Positions 36,728 through 46,493 of a stretch of DNA of 64,000 nt are shown in pieces. The stretch's first letter is position 1. The number at the start of each line of letters is the position of its first letter. The notes beneath the pieces are model-generated. The model worked only from the letters and a program-made list of their open reading frames with translations, made no database searches and had not been told where the DNA came from. This stretch comes from Magnetococcales bacterium (GTDB lineage Bacteria; Pseudomonadota; Magnetococcia; Magnetococcales; JADFYX01), in contig JADFZS010000012.1 in NCBI GenBank assembly GCA_015232405.1, positions 276-64,275 on the forward strand, given 5' to 3'. The position numbers and the translations under genes were made by a program.

Positions 36728-38707
36728 ATGAGAATCCTCATAGTAATGCCACGGTATACAAACAATATTCTTAATTCATATGAGATGCCCCTTGGTATTC
36801 TATATATCTCCTCAGCACTAAAAAAAGCAGATAAAGATGTTCACACTCTCAACCTTAACTATTTAGAGGGTACTGTTGAAGAGGAAATGGCTAAAGCCAT
36901 CAAGGAAATTGATCCAGATGTCTGCGCTTGTGGTGGACTATCAGATGATTTTCATATTGTTCAAGCTGTATTTTTAAATGCTCGTAAATACAAGCCGGAT
37001 ATTATCAATATTGCGGGTGGCGGTATTGTGGGTTCAGACCCTGAGATGGCTGCCAAGCTATGTGAATTTGACATAGGAGTGATAGGTGAGGGAGAGGTTA
37101 CAATTGTAGAAATTATCGATGCCCTCAGCAACAACACGCCCCTACATGAGGTTGAAGGTTTGGTTTTGAAACAACCTGGCAAACCTTCCCTACTCACCCC
37201 AACCAGAAAAGTAAATTTTGATATCAGTTCTCTGCCTTGGCCAGATTATGAAGGGTTTAACATAAATAGGTTACTGGAGGTTCAGGTTCCGCAAAATATG
37301 TATCTGTTCAACCCATATGACGACCCAAGATCCATCCCCATGATAACAAGTCGTTCGTGTCCTCTCCAGTGTACATTCTGCTACCATCCAACTGGTCAGG
37401 TCTATCGAGAGAGGGATTTTGATGACTTCTTTGCTGAGCTGGACCATTTGATCGCTACTTATAAAATAAATTTAATTTCGATAAGTGATGATCTGTTATC
37501 CATTAAAAAAAGAAGGCTATTGGAGTTTTGCGAACGTATTAAACCATATAATTTGAAGTGGGACTGTCAAATACACGAAAAATCAGTAGATCAAGAGACC
37601 CTCAATACACTTAAGGAGGCTGGTTGTTTTGCCATTAGTATCGGTATAGAGAGTATGAGTGAACCGATTTTAAAAAGTATGAAAAAACGCACATCACCTG
37701 AAAAACTTGCTCAAGCACTAGATCTTATCTACAACTCTGACTTATTGATACAGGGAAATTTCTTGTTGGGAGATCCAGCTGACACAGTGGAAACAACAGC
37801 AGAATCTTTTGACTATTGGGCGCAACACCCTGAATATGGAATAAATTTTTTCAGACTAAAAGTTCTTCCCGGTAGCGAGATTTATAAAAATGCAGAAAAA
37901 AAAGGGCTTTTTGGTGATAAAGGGATAGTTTTTGCCAACCCAGGAATTATGGTAAATCTAACTCAAATGCCCAATGAGGTTTTTAATTCATTATGTGATC
38001 GTTTTGAATTTTACACAAAAACCTTGATCCATCAGGGCCAAGTAGTTTCCATGGGGGCAGACAAAGATCCCCATCCAATATATGGTCATGGAAGAACCTG
38101 CCAGTGGCGTTGCCCAAAATGCGATAAGATCAACGAATACGGCAGTATTTTTATAGAGGCAGACAATGTTCGTATATCATGCAGACACTGTTGGGCCAGA
38201 GCATTTTTATATATTTGGAACTTTCAACCTCCAACTAACAACCCCGAGGCCGACACTCAGCTAATTAATGCAGAAAGGCAAGAGGAGTTAAACCTACTCC
38301 ACCACTCAGCCCAAGCCAAACATAATGCCGCAGTTGAGTATCATAAACTGCTCAAAGACCACTGCGCACCACTTGAAGATAGCAACAAGCCTTGGGCTTG
38401 TATTCGAGCGGCTTTGAAACTTGGTATTTATAAGCTAGATAATAATGAACTTAATGAGGCAATGATACTATTAAAGTATGCTCTAGAAAGAAACGTATGG
38501 AACCCTGATAGCCATGCAGCTTTCGCTAGAGCGCTAACCATGGAAGGCAGTCTAGGTGCAGCATTACTTTATTATAAAAAAGCTATAGAGTTAAGCCGTG
38601 ATCCTGCTCTTTCTTGGATTAAATCAAGTGAAGAGCTAGAACGCATTATAGATGAAAAAAAGTTACGGCAAAACAAAGCAGCACTCTATTTTAACTCTTT
38701 ACGATAA
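36728..38707 (+). CDS. B12-binding-domain radical SAM protein with a C-terminal Zn-ribbon and TPR-like tail (paralog 2)
   Basis: It has exactly the same length (1980 nt) as paralog 1 and is collinear with it. I chose the ATG at 36728 to match paralog 1, since the track's TTG at 36671 lies inside a promoter-like block. Confidence 0.85.
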   Translation: MRILIVMPRYTNNILNSYEMPLGILYISSALKKADKDVHTLNLNYLEGTVEEEMAKAIKEIDPDVCACGGLSDDFHIVQAVFLNARKYKPDIINIAGGGIVGSDPEMAAKLCEFDIGVIGEGEVTIVEIIDALSNNTPLHEVEGLVLKQPGKPSLLTPTRKVNFDISSLPWPDYEGFNINRLLEVQVPQNMYLFNPYDDPRSIPMITSRSCPLQCTFCYHPTGQVYRERDFDDFFAELDHLIATYKINLISISDDLLSIKKRRLLEFCERIKPYNLKWDCQIHEKSVDQETLNTLKEAGCFAISIGIESMSEPILKSMKKRTSPEKLAQALDLIYNSDLLIQGNFLLGDPADTVETTAESFDYWAQHPEYGINFFRLKVLPGSEIYKNAEKKGLFGDKGIVFANPGIMVNLTQMPNEVFNSLCDRFEFYTKTLIHQGQVVSMGADKDPHPIYGHGRTCQWRCPKCDKINEYGSIFIEADNVRISCRHCWARAFLYIWNFQPPTNNPEADTQLINAERQEELNLLHHSAQAKHNAAVEYHKLLKDHCAPLEDSNKPWACIRAALKLGIYKLDNNELNEAMILLKYALERNVWNPDSHAAFARALTMEGSLGAALLYYKKAIELSRDPALSWIKSSEELERIIDEKKLRQNKAALYFNSLR

Positions 38708-38746
38708 TTTTACATTTCACATAATTAAGTAGATTATCCTAATATC

Positions 38747-39340
38747 TTACACACCAATGATAAAATTGCACCTGGAATTGTCATATGATGGTAACTCAGC
38801 ACTGAATGTTACTTGCAACTGACATAGAGTTTCTAAGTATGGTTTAACTTGTGATGGAGCACTTTCATGGTCATCAAAAAATGGTGTTAATTCGTTGGGA
38901 TAATATATTGTAACTCTATGATTGCAACCTGCTAACCCTGTCGCAACTCTCAAACCTTCTATGGTTAGCCTAATGCTTTTATCAATTATTATACCTATAT
39001 CTTTTTGCTTTGTTAAAACATGTTTATCCGGCTTAAATATATGGGGGACAGAGATAAAATAGTCACTTTTTTCAACCATTTTTCCTAAATCCAAAAGACC
39101 ACCGGCAACAATATCAGCCATAGGATTGGGACCATTTAGCTCTCTGTGGCTATGGGCACAATAAACTGACTTGGTAAACTTAATGGTGTCAGGTATGTCT
39201 CTTACTAACATTGTACCATTATCGACGTAAAAAATTTGAAATTGCACTCTATTTGATAGCAGTTTTAGAATAGTATTCTGCCATGAGCCTGGAAGATTGT
39301 GTTGAGTTATCAAGATAGTTGCTAGATCACTCTTCATCAA
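38747..39340 (-). CDS. hypothetical protein (weak DsrE/TusD-like pattern)
   Basis: 197 aa. The start (TTG at 39340 or ATG at 39337) overlaps the stop of the upstream TPR gene. FQIFYVDNGTMLV...VYCAHSH...GGLLDLGKMVEKSDYFISV loosely resembles DsrE-family proteins. Confidence 0.55.
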   Translation of the reverse strand: MMKSDLATILITQHNLPGSWQNTILKLLSNRVQFQIFYVDNGTMLVRDIPDTIKFTKSVYCAHSHRELNGPNPMADIVAGGLLDLGKMVEKSDYFISVPHIFKPDKHVLTKQKDIGIIIDKSIRLTIEGLRVATGLAGCNHRVTIYYPNELTPFFDDHESAPSQVKPYLETLCQLQVTFSAELPSYDNSRCNFIIGV

Positions 39341-41058
39341 TCTATTCTGACTTTTGCTACTCTAAATTTCTCTAGTAGTATAGCCAACCCCTCTATCAAT
39401 TCGTCCATATTATTATACTGACTTTCTCTCTGGGGAAGTTGAGGCTCCCCTGAACCATCTCTGGTTGGTTTTTTATTTTTCTTTATCAGTTGATAGTGTT
39501 CATACTCATCATCATATTTTCTTTTTTTATCAACATCACTCCCCCATAAATGTGCCTGTTTAAGCCAAGCGTTATAATGGCTCTCCCAGACTTTCTCTAC
39601 AGCTGTCAACTCCCAAAATGCAGACAAATAATTTGATGTTTTTTCATGTAATGTAGTTACGTGTACACGGTAAGGATCTAACCTTACATTCATGGCCTGC
39701 GCCTCCTTTAGTCGCCCCAAGCGACACAACAGATCATAAACATAATCAGTTACCTCATAATCTTTTGGTGTTATTAGCCAACGGGGTAGAGATGGTGACG
39801 ATTGCTCATTCTCAAGTAATTCAATAGTTTTTTGTACTGTTATTTTACCAAAAAAAGCAGCAAGAGTGCTCTGATTACGTTGATCTAATACTTTTGTGAC
39901 AGCAAATTGTATAACTGGTAAATAATCAGCATTACCTGAAGATGCTAATAAAGACCATGATTTTAATAATTTATCCCAAACTTGCTCATAGTCATTTTTT
40001 TTACAATCCAACAAAACACTGTTATATAGACAAACTGCCGCCTCAATCCTGTGACTTAAAGTAAATTTTTCTGCAATTACAACTGCCATAAAAAAATATA
40101 CTTCTGCCTGTTCAAGCTGCTCTCTTCTTGCAGCTATCCAACCAAGTTGGTTAAAAAATACACCAATAAAACGATGTTCTGGCCCATAGTTATGAGATAA
40201 AATTTCCATACAGCGGTTAAACACAGGCTCACTTTTATTATATTCTCCAATATCTGAGTAGAAGTTACCCAAAGCAAACAACGCAGATATTACACCAACA
40301 TGCATTTCACCTTTTGAATCCTCACGTATCTTGACAACCTGTAGAAACAGCGCTTCGGCTCTTTCAAATTCTTGTAAATTAAATGCTGCAACTGCTAGCA
40401 ACTCCAAAGTAGTTATTACCTCTGGTGACTCTTTAACCATCATCTTGCCTTCAATCTCTATTGCCCGATTTAAAATTTTTTCTGACTCTTTATATAATTT
40501 CAGACGGTTAAAGGCTCGAGCCATATTGTTTAATACATAGACAAGAAGTGGCGAATCATTACCCACACTTTTTTCTAGAATTTTCAAAGACTCCTTGATC
40601 ATCTTCTCCGCGCGTACCTCTTCACCAATTTCAAGAAGTAATAACGCATAGTTATTCATGGTGTATGCAGTGCTACTACCACGAAAAATACTCAATTTTT
40701 TATAGGTTTCAAGAGATAGCTCATAGTACTCTTTAGATTCACCATAGTTGCGGTTTCTATAGTTGCAGTAGCCAATTTCATTATAAACATTTGCGAGAAA
40801 ATCAAGACGGGGGTCGCTACTATCAGCCTCAAATTTGGCCGAGTCAGCCCACTTAGATAGTGCTTTAACAAAATTACCGCTATTCTGTAACTCTACAGCC
40901 TCTTTCCACAAAACCTCAGCTTTACGGCGTTTCCAATCTTGAGCATCAGATACTTTTTCTTTAAGTATAAAGCGTTTCTTAACATAGTTAATTAACATCC
41001 CAACTATTCGTTTGAATGCTTTATAAGCAGTACTACTTTGATTTATATCGGATGCCAT
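39337..41058 (-). CDS. TPR (TPR_12/kinesin-light-chain-like) repeat protein with a non-TPR C-terminal region
   Basis: 573 aa with repeated ...A...Y..AL.I.EK..G..HP.. style helical pairs over residues ~90-350. The C-terminal ~200 aa are unassigned. Confidence 0.75.
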   Translation of the reverse strand: MASDINQSSTAYKAFKRIVGMLINYVKKRFILKEKVSDAQDWKRRKAEVLWKEAVELQNSGNFVKALSKWADSAKFEADSSDPRLDFLANVYNEIGYCNYRNRNYGESKEYYELSLETYKKLSIFRGSSTAYTMNNYALLLLEIGEEVRAEKMIKESLKILEKSVGNDSPLLVYVLNNMARAFNRLKLYKESEKILNRAIEIEGKMMVKESPEVITTLELLAVAAFNLQEFERAEALFLQVVKIREDSKGEMHVGVISALFALGNFYSDIGEYNKSEPVFNRCMEILSHNYGPEHRFIGVFFNQLGWIAARREQLEQAEVYFFMAVVIAEKFTLSHRIEAAVCLYNSVLLDCKKNDYEQVWDKLLKSWSLLASSGNADYLPVIQFAVTKVLDQRNQSTLAAFFGKITVQKTIELLENEQSSPSLPRWLITPKDYEVTDYVYDLLCRLGRLKEAQAMNVRLDPYRVHVTTLHEKTSNYLSAFWELTAVEKVWESHYNAWLKQAHLWGSDVDKKRKYDDEYEHYQLIKKNKKPTRDGSGEPQLPQRESQYNNMDELIEGLAILLEKFRVAKVRID

Positions 41059-41209
41059 TTATTGCAATTAATCCATTACTGTTTAGTTAACCATTGATAT
41101 TATTAACCAAACAATATCCAAATATCCATTGATATTTTATAAATATGCTAGATTCAATATAATGTTTCAGAATTTGTTGGATGCAAAATAACCATAAATA
41201 AATAGCTAA

Positions 41210-42820
41210 TTACATAGCGATATAGTTTGGCCCGCTACCACCTTCTGGTGGTTTCCAGGTGAAATCTTCATCAAAATCTTTAATATCACATGTTTTACAA
41301 TGGATGCAGTTTGTCGGGGTAAAAGTTGGAGTAAATACTCCAGCAGGGCAGTAAATACGTAATTTGTTATCTTTTGCTGTTGAAAATTCAGTTTGCAGAT
41401 GGCTAGGTTGATTTTCTTCCGATACTACACCTGCTAGATTGAGCGATGTTGGTTTATCAAAAACCAAAACTCCATCCACTTGGGGATAACCAGATAATGG
41501 CTCTAATATTGAAAAATTTCGGTTGATACGACAATTTAGCTTATCAACTGATAAAGTCCATGGAGAACCACCCTTTAGTAGCAGTTGATCCAAAGCACCA
41601 TTTAACAGGCCAGGTATAAGCCCCCATTTAAAACCTGGACGTAAATTACGAGATTTATTTAGATCTTTGCCAACCCAACTATTTAATAAATTTGTTTCAT
41701 AATCGGTAATGGCTAATGCACCGTTTGTTTTTTTGTTAATACCATGGTCAGAGTTATCATCAAAAAGAGCAAAAAAAGCTGCTTCAGCTCCAAGCTTTCC
41801 AGAGTAGATAGCTGTATGAATACCTTTCATTCTACCTACATCAAGCAAACCAGCACCATCTCCCAAAAGCATACCGCCTGGAAAGGAGAGCTTTGGCAAA
41901 GCTTGCAGCCCCCCCTCTACCACACTTCTTGCTCCAAAACCTATAGCTCTACCACCCCTTAAAAGCTCTTTGTTATTAGGATGGGACTTGAATTTTTGCA
42001 ACTCAAAAAAAGGGTCTAACAGCTGGTTTTTATAATCTAGACCAACAAAAAAACCAACTGCAACTCGGTTGTTTGTTTGATGGTAGACAAATCCCCCACC
42101 ATAACAGTCCATTGAAAGAGGCCAACCAATTGCGTGGGCTACAGTTCCACTACAATATTGTGGTGAGTCCACCTCCCAAAGCTCTTTTATCCCTATGCTA
42201 TAACTGGGTTTTTGACTTTCTTTATCAAGTTTGAAGCGATTGATAACTTCTTTACTCAAATGGCCCCGACATCCTTCGGCAAGCAGTGTATGTTGGGCTG
42301 TAATATGTAAACCAGGTTGAAAATTGGCTCTTTTGCTCCCATCTTTACCAACCCCTAAATCACCAGTAACAACACCAACAACTTTACCTTGATTGTTGGT
42401 TAATAGCTTGCTGGCAGCAAAGCCTGGGTATAATTCAACCCCTAAACCTTCTGCTTGGGTTGCCAACCATTTTGTAAACTCTCCTAAACTTATAATAAAA
42501 CAGCCACTATTATTAAAACCAGAACTTGGCACTGTGTATGATTTATCATGGGTTAAAAACTGTAGCTTATCCTCTAAAACCTGTTGAGTGACTGGAGCAC
42601 CATCATTTTTCCAGTTTGGTAGTAGCTCGGTTAAAGATAACGGATCAATTATTGCCCCAGAAATAATATGCGCTCCTATCGTTGCACCTTTTTCTAAAAG
42701 ACAGACCTTCAGATCACAATTAGCCGCAATTGCTAACTGTCGCAACCGTATGCTAGCAGACAATCCAGCTGGTCCACCACCAACAACTACTACATCATAA
42801 TTTAACGTGTCATGAGACAT
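41210..42820 (-). CDS. electron-transfer flavoprotein-ubiquinone oxidoreductase
   Basis: 536 aa with DVVVVGGGPAGLSA (FAD), a C-terminal CIHCKTCDIKD (4Fe-4S) and ...WKPPEGGSGPNYIAM. Confidence 0.92.
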   Translation of the reverse strand: MSHDTLNYDVVVVGGGPAGLSASIRLRQLAIAANCDLKVCLLEKGATIGAHIISGAIIDPLSLTELLPNWKNDGAPVTQQVLEDKLQFLTHDKSYTVPSSGFNNSGCFIISLGEFTKWLATQAEGLGVELYPGFAASKLLTNNQGKVVGVVTGDLGVGKDGSKRANFQPGLHITAQHTLLAEGCRGHLSKEVINRFKLDKESQKPSYSIGIKELWEVDSPQYCSGTVAHAIGWPLSMDCYGGGFVYHQTNNRVAVGFFVGLDYKNQLLDPFFELQKFKSHPNNKELLRGGRAIGFGARSVVEGGLQALPKLSFPGGMLLGDGAGLLDVGRMKGIHTAIYSGKLGAEAAFFALFDDNSDHGINKKTNGALAITDYETNLLNSWVGKDLNKSRNLRPGFKWGLIPGLLNGALDQLLLKGGSPWTLSVDKLNCRINRNFSILEPLSGYPQVDGVLVFDKPTSLNLAGVVSEENQPSHLQTEFSTAKDNKLRIYCPAGVFTPTFTPTNCIHCKTCDIKDFDEDFTWKPPEGGSGPNYIAM

Positions 42821-42823
42821 TTT

Positions 42824-44017
42824 TTATGTGCTACCTGAGTTTGCACTTTGGAAATAGAGTTTTTGGTAGTTATTTGCCATCTTTTGGGAGGAAAAATCCC
42901 TCTGTATAAACTTACCAAGCTCTTTTCCAGAGTGTTGGAGCTTTTCTGGTCTGGCCATTACTTGAAGTATAATGTCGCTTAAAGAGATATGATCATCTTT
43001 AGTAAAAAGATAACAACCTTCAACCCCATTGAACTGATTAATAAACGGTGGAATCGCTGAAGCAATTACAGGCTTATTCAAAGCCCCGCCCTCTAACAGT
43101 ACATATGGCAACCCCTCAGACCGGGAAGGAATAATTAGAGCATGTGCATCTTTGATGATTGGCAAAAGTACCTCTTGTGGCTGTATACCTAAGAAATGGA
43201 TATTACTACTAGCCTTACCATTTTTAGCCAAAGACAAGACCTCTCTGGCAAACTCACCTGCCTCCTTATCTCCTGCTTTTTGGCCAATAATAATCAAGTG
43301 TAAATCAGCTCTCGTATCTACTAACTCATGCCATGCAGATACCGCAATATCATGACCCTTTACAGCAAAAATATGACCAACTAAAACAAAATAATTTGCA
43401 GGAAGTGAAGGCAATGAGCTAGCTAATGGTTTACGGCTAACATCTTGAACTGTTTCAATATCAATACCGTTGTATATACTGCTCGCCTTAATATCTGGTA
43501 TCTCATGGTTTAATGCTTGCAATACTTGCTCTGAAACACAAGCAACACCATCAACTTTATGTAACAGCCAATTGTTTAACCTTTTTGTTTTGTCTGATCG
43601 TTGTGAAAATTTTAATATTTCAGAACCGTGTAGGGTGATCACACAAGGAATACCAACATAACGAGATAGCAACCAAAAGACCAGTTGATGATCGTGGAGA
43701 CTGTGAAGATGGATAACCTCTATCTTTTCATTACGAATCATACGTACTAGCTGCCACCATGTTTGTGGAAATTCCCATAGCCAACCAAAAAAACCACGGA
43801 TATACCTTGAACTATCCCAGGGCATACGAATACGTTTAAAATAGCAGCTGTTTTTACCATGTTTAGAACTCCCCCACTCTGCCTCATTCCATCTTCCTAC
43901 ACGAAACAAAACTGCTCCTGGGCCATTTGCCATAGAGGATGCCAAGGTTTCAACCATTGCGTTGATGCCACCTGTAGGATTTTCATACATCAGGTGATAG
44001 ACAATTAACGGCTTCAT
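42824..44017 (-). CDS. glycosyltransferase family 4 (GT-B)
   Basis: 397 aa with ...PSRSEGLPYVLLEGGALNKPVIAS (EX7E motif). Its stop lies 3 nt from the ETF-QO start. Confidence 0.82.
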   Translation of the reverse strand: MKPLIVYHLMYENPTGGINAMVETLASSMANGPGAVLFRVGRWNEAEWGSSKHGKNSCYFKRIRMPWDSSRYIRGFFGWLWEFPQTWWQLVRMIRNEKIEVIHLHSLHDHQLVFWLLSRYVGIPCVITLHGSEILKFSQRSDKTKRLNNWLLHKVDGVACVSEQVLQALNHEIPDIKASSIYNGIDIETVQDVSRKPLASSLPSLPANYFVLVGHIFAVKGHDIAVSAWHELVDTRADLHLIIIGQKAGDKEAGEFAREVLSLAKNGKASSNIHFLGIQPQEVLLPIIKDAHALIIPSRSEGLPYVLLEGGALNKPVIASAIPPFINQFNGVEGCYLFTKDDHISLSDIILQVMARPEKLQHSGKELGKFIQRDFSSQKMANNYQKLYFQSANSGST

Positions 44018-44315
44018 CTTTAATTTATTCCAGGAATAAAACGGTATACAGTTGATTTTTGTTTATAATCAATACGGGCTGTATGGTTAAACTAATAAAC
44101 AAAAATTAAAAATTCTTTTACTGTCTATCAGTTAATTATAACAAAATAATTAACTATCAAAAGTCAGAAAAATCAAAAAAACTTATAATTTCCGCAACCT
44201 TAACTAAAAATCCGAGATAACCGTCAATTCTTTCTAAAGGGGAACTAAATCATCAGCATAGAGTCTTAAAGTACAACGAGCCGGGTTTTTTCCCTCTCCT
44301 CCACTCGGTCTCGTA

Positions 44316-44359
44316 CGGTTGGGCTTCTATCCCTTCCCCCCCCATCAGAAGCCCAACCG
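44316..44359. other. 13-bp perfect stem hairpin with an 18-nt C-rich loop containing a C8 run
   Basis: CGGTTGGGCTTCT-atcccttccccccccatc-AGAAGCCCAACCG, in the 397-bp gap downstream of uvrB. No flanking U-tract. Confidence 0.5.
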
Positions 44360-44414
44360 AACAACGTGCTATTATACTTCATCGGCAGTTCTATGTTGGG
44401 CGAATGGTGTGCAA

Positions 44415-46454
44415 CTATAGTGTCAATTCAGCTTTTTCAAGAGCTAGCAAACGATCTCGATAAGTTGCTGCAAGCTCAAACTCCATCCTCTTGGCAGCCT
44501 CACGCATTTTTTTCTCTAACTGTTTAATCTCTTTTGCCAGATCTTTTTTACCTTTATTTGCAACTCCATACACCACATCTTCAGATGCCACTCGTAGGGG
44601 TTCAGAGTCATCATCTACATTATAGCTCACCACTTTATTATCTTCATCCATACCTGGGAAGTTAGGTAGAGGTGTAGAAACTGATTTTGGTGTAACACCA
44701 TACTCCCTATTATAGGTTAACTGTATTTTTCGGCGACGTTCTGTCTCATCTATGGCACGCTTCATGGAGTTGGTCATTCTATCAGCATAGAGAATAACAA
44801 AACCATCTACATTTCTAGCAGCTCTACCAATGGTCTGAATCAGAGAGGTTTCCGAACGTAAAAACCCCTCTTTATCTGCATCAAGAATAGCAACCAACCC
44901 AACCTCTGGGATATCCAATCCTTCTCTTAAGAGATTGATCCCAACCAGAACATTAAACACACCAACTCTTAAATCTTTAATAATCTCCAATCGATCCAAG
45001 GTATCTACATCAGAGTGAAGATAGCGAACTTTCACCCCAAGATTTTCCATGTAGTCGGTGAGATCTTCTGCCATACGTTTAGTGAGTGTTGTCACTAACA
45101 CCCGATAACCTTTTGCAGTAACACAGTTAACCTCTTCTAAAAGATCATCAACCTGATTCTCAACAGGCTTCACAACAACATCAGGCTCTAAAAGCCCAGT
45201 TGGTCTTACAATTTGCTCAACTATCACCCCATCACTACGCTCAATCTCCTTAGCTGAAGGGGTAGCAGATACATAAATTGTGTCAGGACGAATTTCATCA
45301 AACTCTTCCATTGTCAAAGGGCGGTTATCCAAAGCTGATGGCAGACGAAATCCATGCTCTACAAGAGTGGTTTTACGTGATCTATCCCCTTTGTACATGC
45401 CACCAATTTGTGAGGTTGTTACATGGCTTTCATCAATAAACAGTAGAGCATTTTTTGGTAGATATTCCATTAACGTTGGCGGCGGCTCCCCAGCTTTGCG
45501 ATCTGTCAGATAGCGGGAATAGTTTTCAATACCTGTGCAGTATCCAACCTCCTGAATCATCTCTAGGTCGAAAAGTGTCCGCCCTTCAATACGTTGTGCC
45601 TCAACATGTTGTGACCCATCACGAAAATAATCTACCCTTTGGTTCATTTCACTTTTTATCTGGTCCATAGCTCGCAACAAAACGGCCCTTTTGGTGGCAT
45701 AGTGGCTAGCGGGAAAAAAATTCATCCGTTCCAGCTTTGCCCCACTTTGACCTGTCAATGGATCCATAAAACCCATACGATCAATGATGTCGCCAAACAT
45801 CTCAATGCGAACCCCCTGTTCCTCTTCGTGGGGAGGAAATACCTCTATAGTATCCCCCCTAACCCTGAAAGTTCCTCGCTGGAAATCTACATCGTTACGT
45901 TTAAACTGAATCTCCACTAATTTTTTTAGCAGATCCCTTTGATCTATCTCCTGCCCAACATATAGTTCCAATGACATGCTTTGATATGAGTCTGGAGAAC
46001 CAATACCATAAATACATGAGACTGAACTTACGATTATCACATCTTTGCGACTTAAAAGAGAGCGGGTTGCAGAGTGCCGCATACGATCTATCTGTTCATT
46101 TACTGAAGAATCTTTTTCAATAAATGTATCGGTTCTTGGAACATAGGCTTCTGGCTGGTAGTAATCATAATAGGAGACGAAATACTCCACAGCATTATGA
46201 GGAAAAAAACCTTGCATCTCGCTGTATAGCTGTCCTGCTAATGTCTTGTTATGGGCTAGAATCAGAGCCGATCTGCCAGTATCACGAATGATATTTGCCA
46301 TGGTAAATGTTTTACCAGAACCGGTTACTCCCAACAAAACTTGATCGTGTTTTCCTTGGTCCAGGCCAGTTATCAGGCTTTTAATCGCTTTTGGTTGGTC
46401 CCCTTGGGGTTTATAATTGGATACAAGATTAAAAGGGGATTTAATTTCACTCAT
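44415..46454 (-). CDS. uvrB: excinuclease ABC subunit B
   Basis: 679 aa with [18 protein letters not shown], helicase motifs and a C-terminal UVR domain ([15 protein letters not shown]). Confidence 0.97.
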   Translation of the reverse strand: MSEIKSPFNLVSNYKPQGDQPKAIKSLITGLDQGKHDQVLLGVTGSGKTFTMANIIRDTGRSALILAHNKTLAGQLYSEMQGFFPHNAVEYFVSYYDYYQPEAYVPRTDTFIEKDSSVNEQIDRMRHSATRSLLSRKDVIIVSSVSCIYGIGSPDSYQSMSLELYVGQEIDQRDLLKKLVEIQFKRNDVDFQRGTFRVRGDTIEVFPPHEEEQGVRIEMFGDIIDRMGFMDPLTGQSGAKLERMNFFPASHYATKRAVLLRAMDQIKSEMNQRVDYFRDGSQHVEAQRIEGRTLFDLEMIQEVGYCTGIENYSRYLTDRKAGEPPPTLMEYLPKNALLFIDESHVTTSQIGGMYKGDRSRKTTLVEHGFRLPSALDNRPLTMEEFDEIRPDTIYVSATPSAKEIERSDGVIVEQIVRPTGLLEPDVVVKPVENQVDDLLEEVNCVTAKGYRVLVTTLTKRMAEDLTDYMENLGVKVRYLHSDVDTLDRLEIIKDLRVGVFNVLVGINLLREGLDIPEVGLVAILDADKEGFLRSETSLIQTIGRAARNVDGFVILYADRMTNSMKRAIDETERRRKIQLTYNREYGVTPKSVSTPLPNFPGMDEDNKVVSYNVDDDSEPLRVASEDVVYGVANKGKKDLAKEIKQLEKKMREAAKRMEFELAATYRDRLLALEKAELTL

Positions 46455-46493
46455 TTGTCTTTATAGATATTCTGGATAATTTTTGGCAACTTG

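Noticed and set aside
44336-44343. The C8 homopolymer, considered as a phase-variation switch.
   Set aside because: It lies in a hairpin loop about 320 bp from the nearest start codon, not in a coding region or promoter spacer. There is no evidence for slipped-strand regulation.
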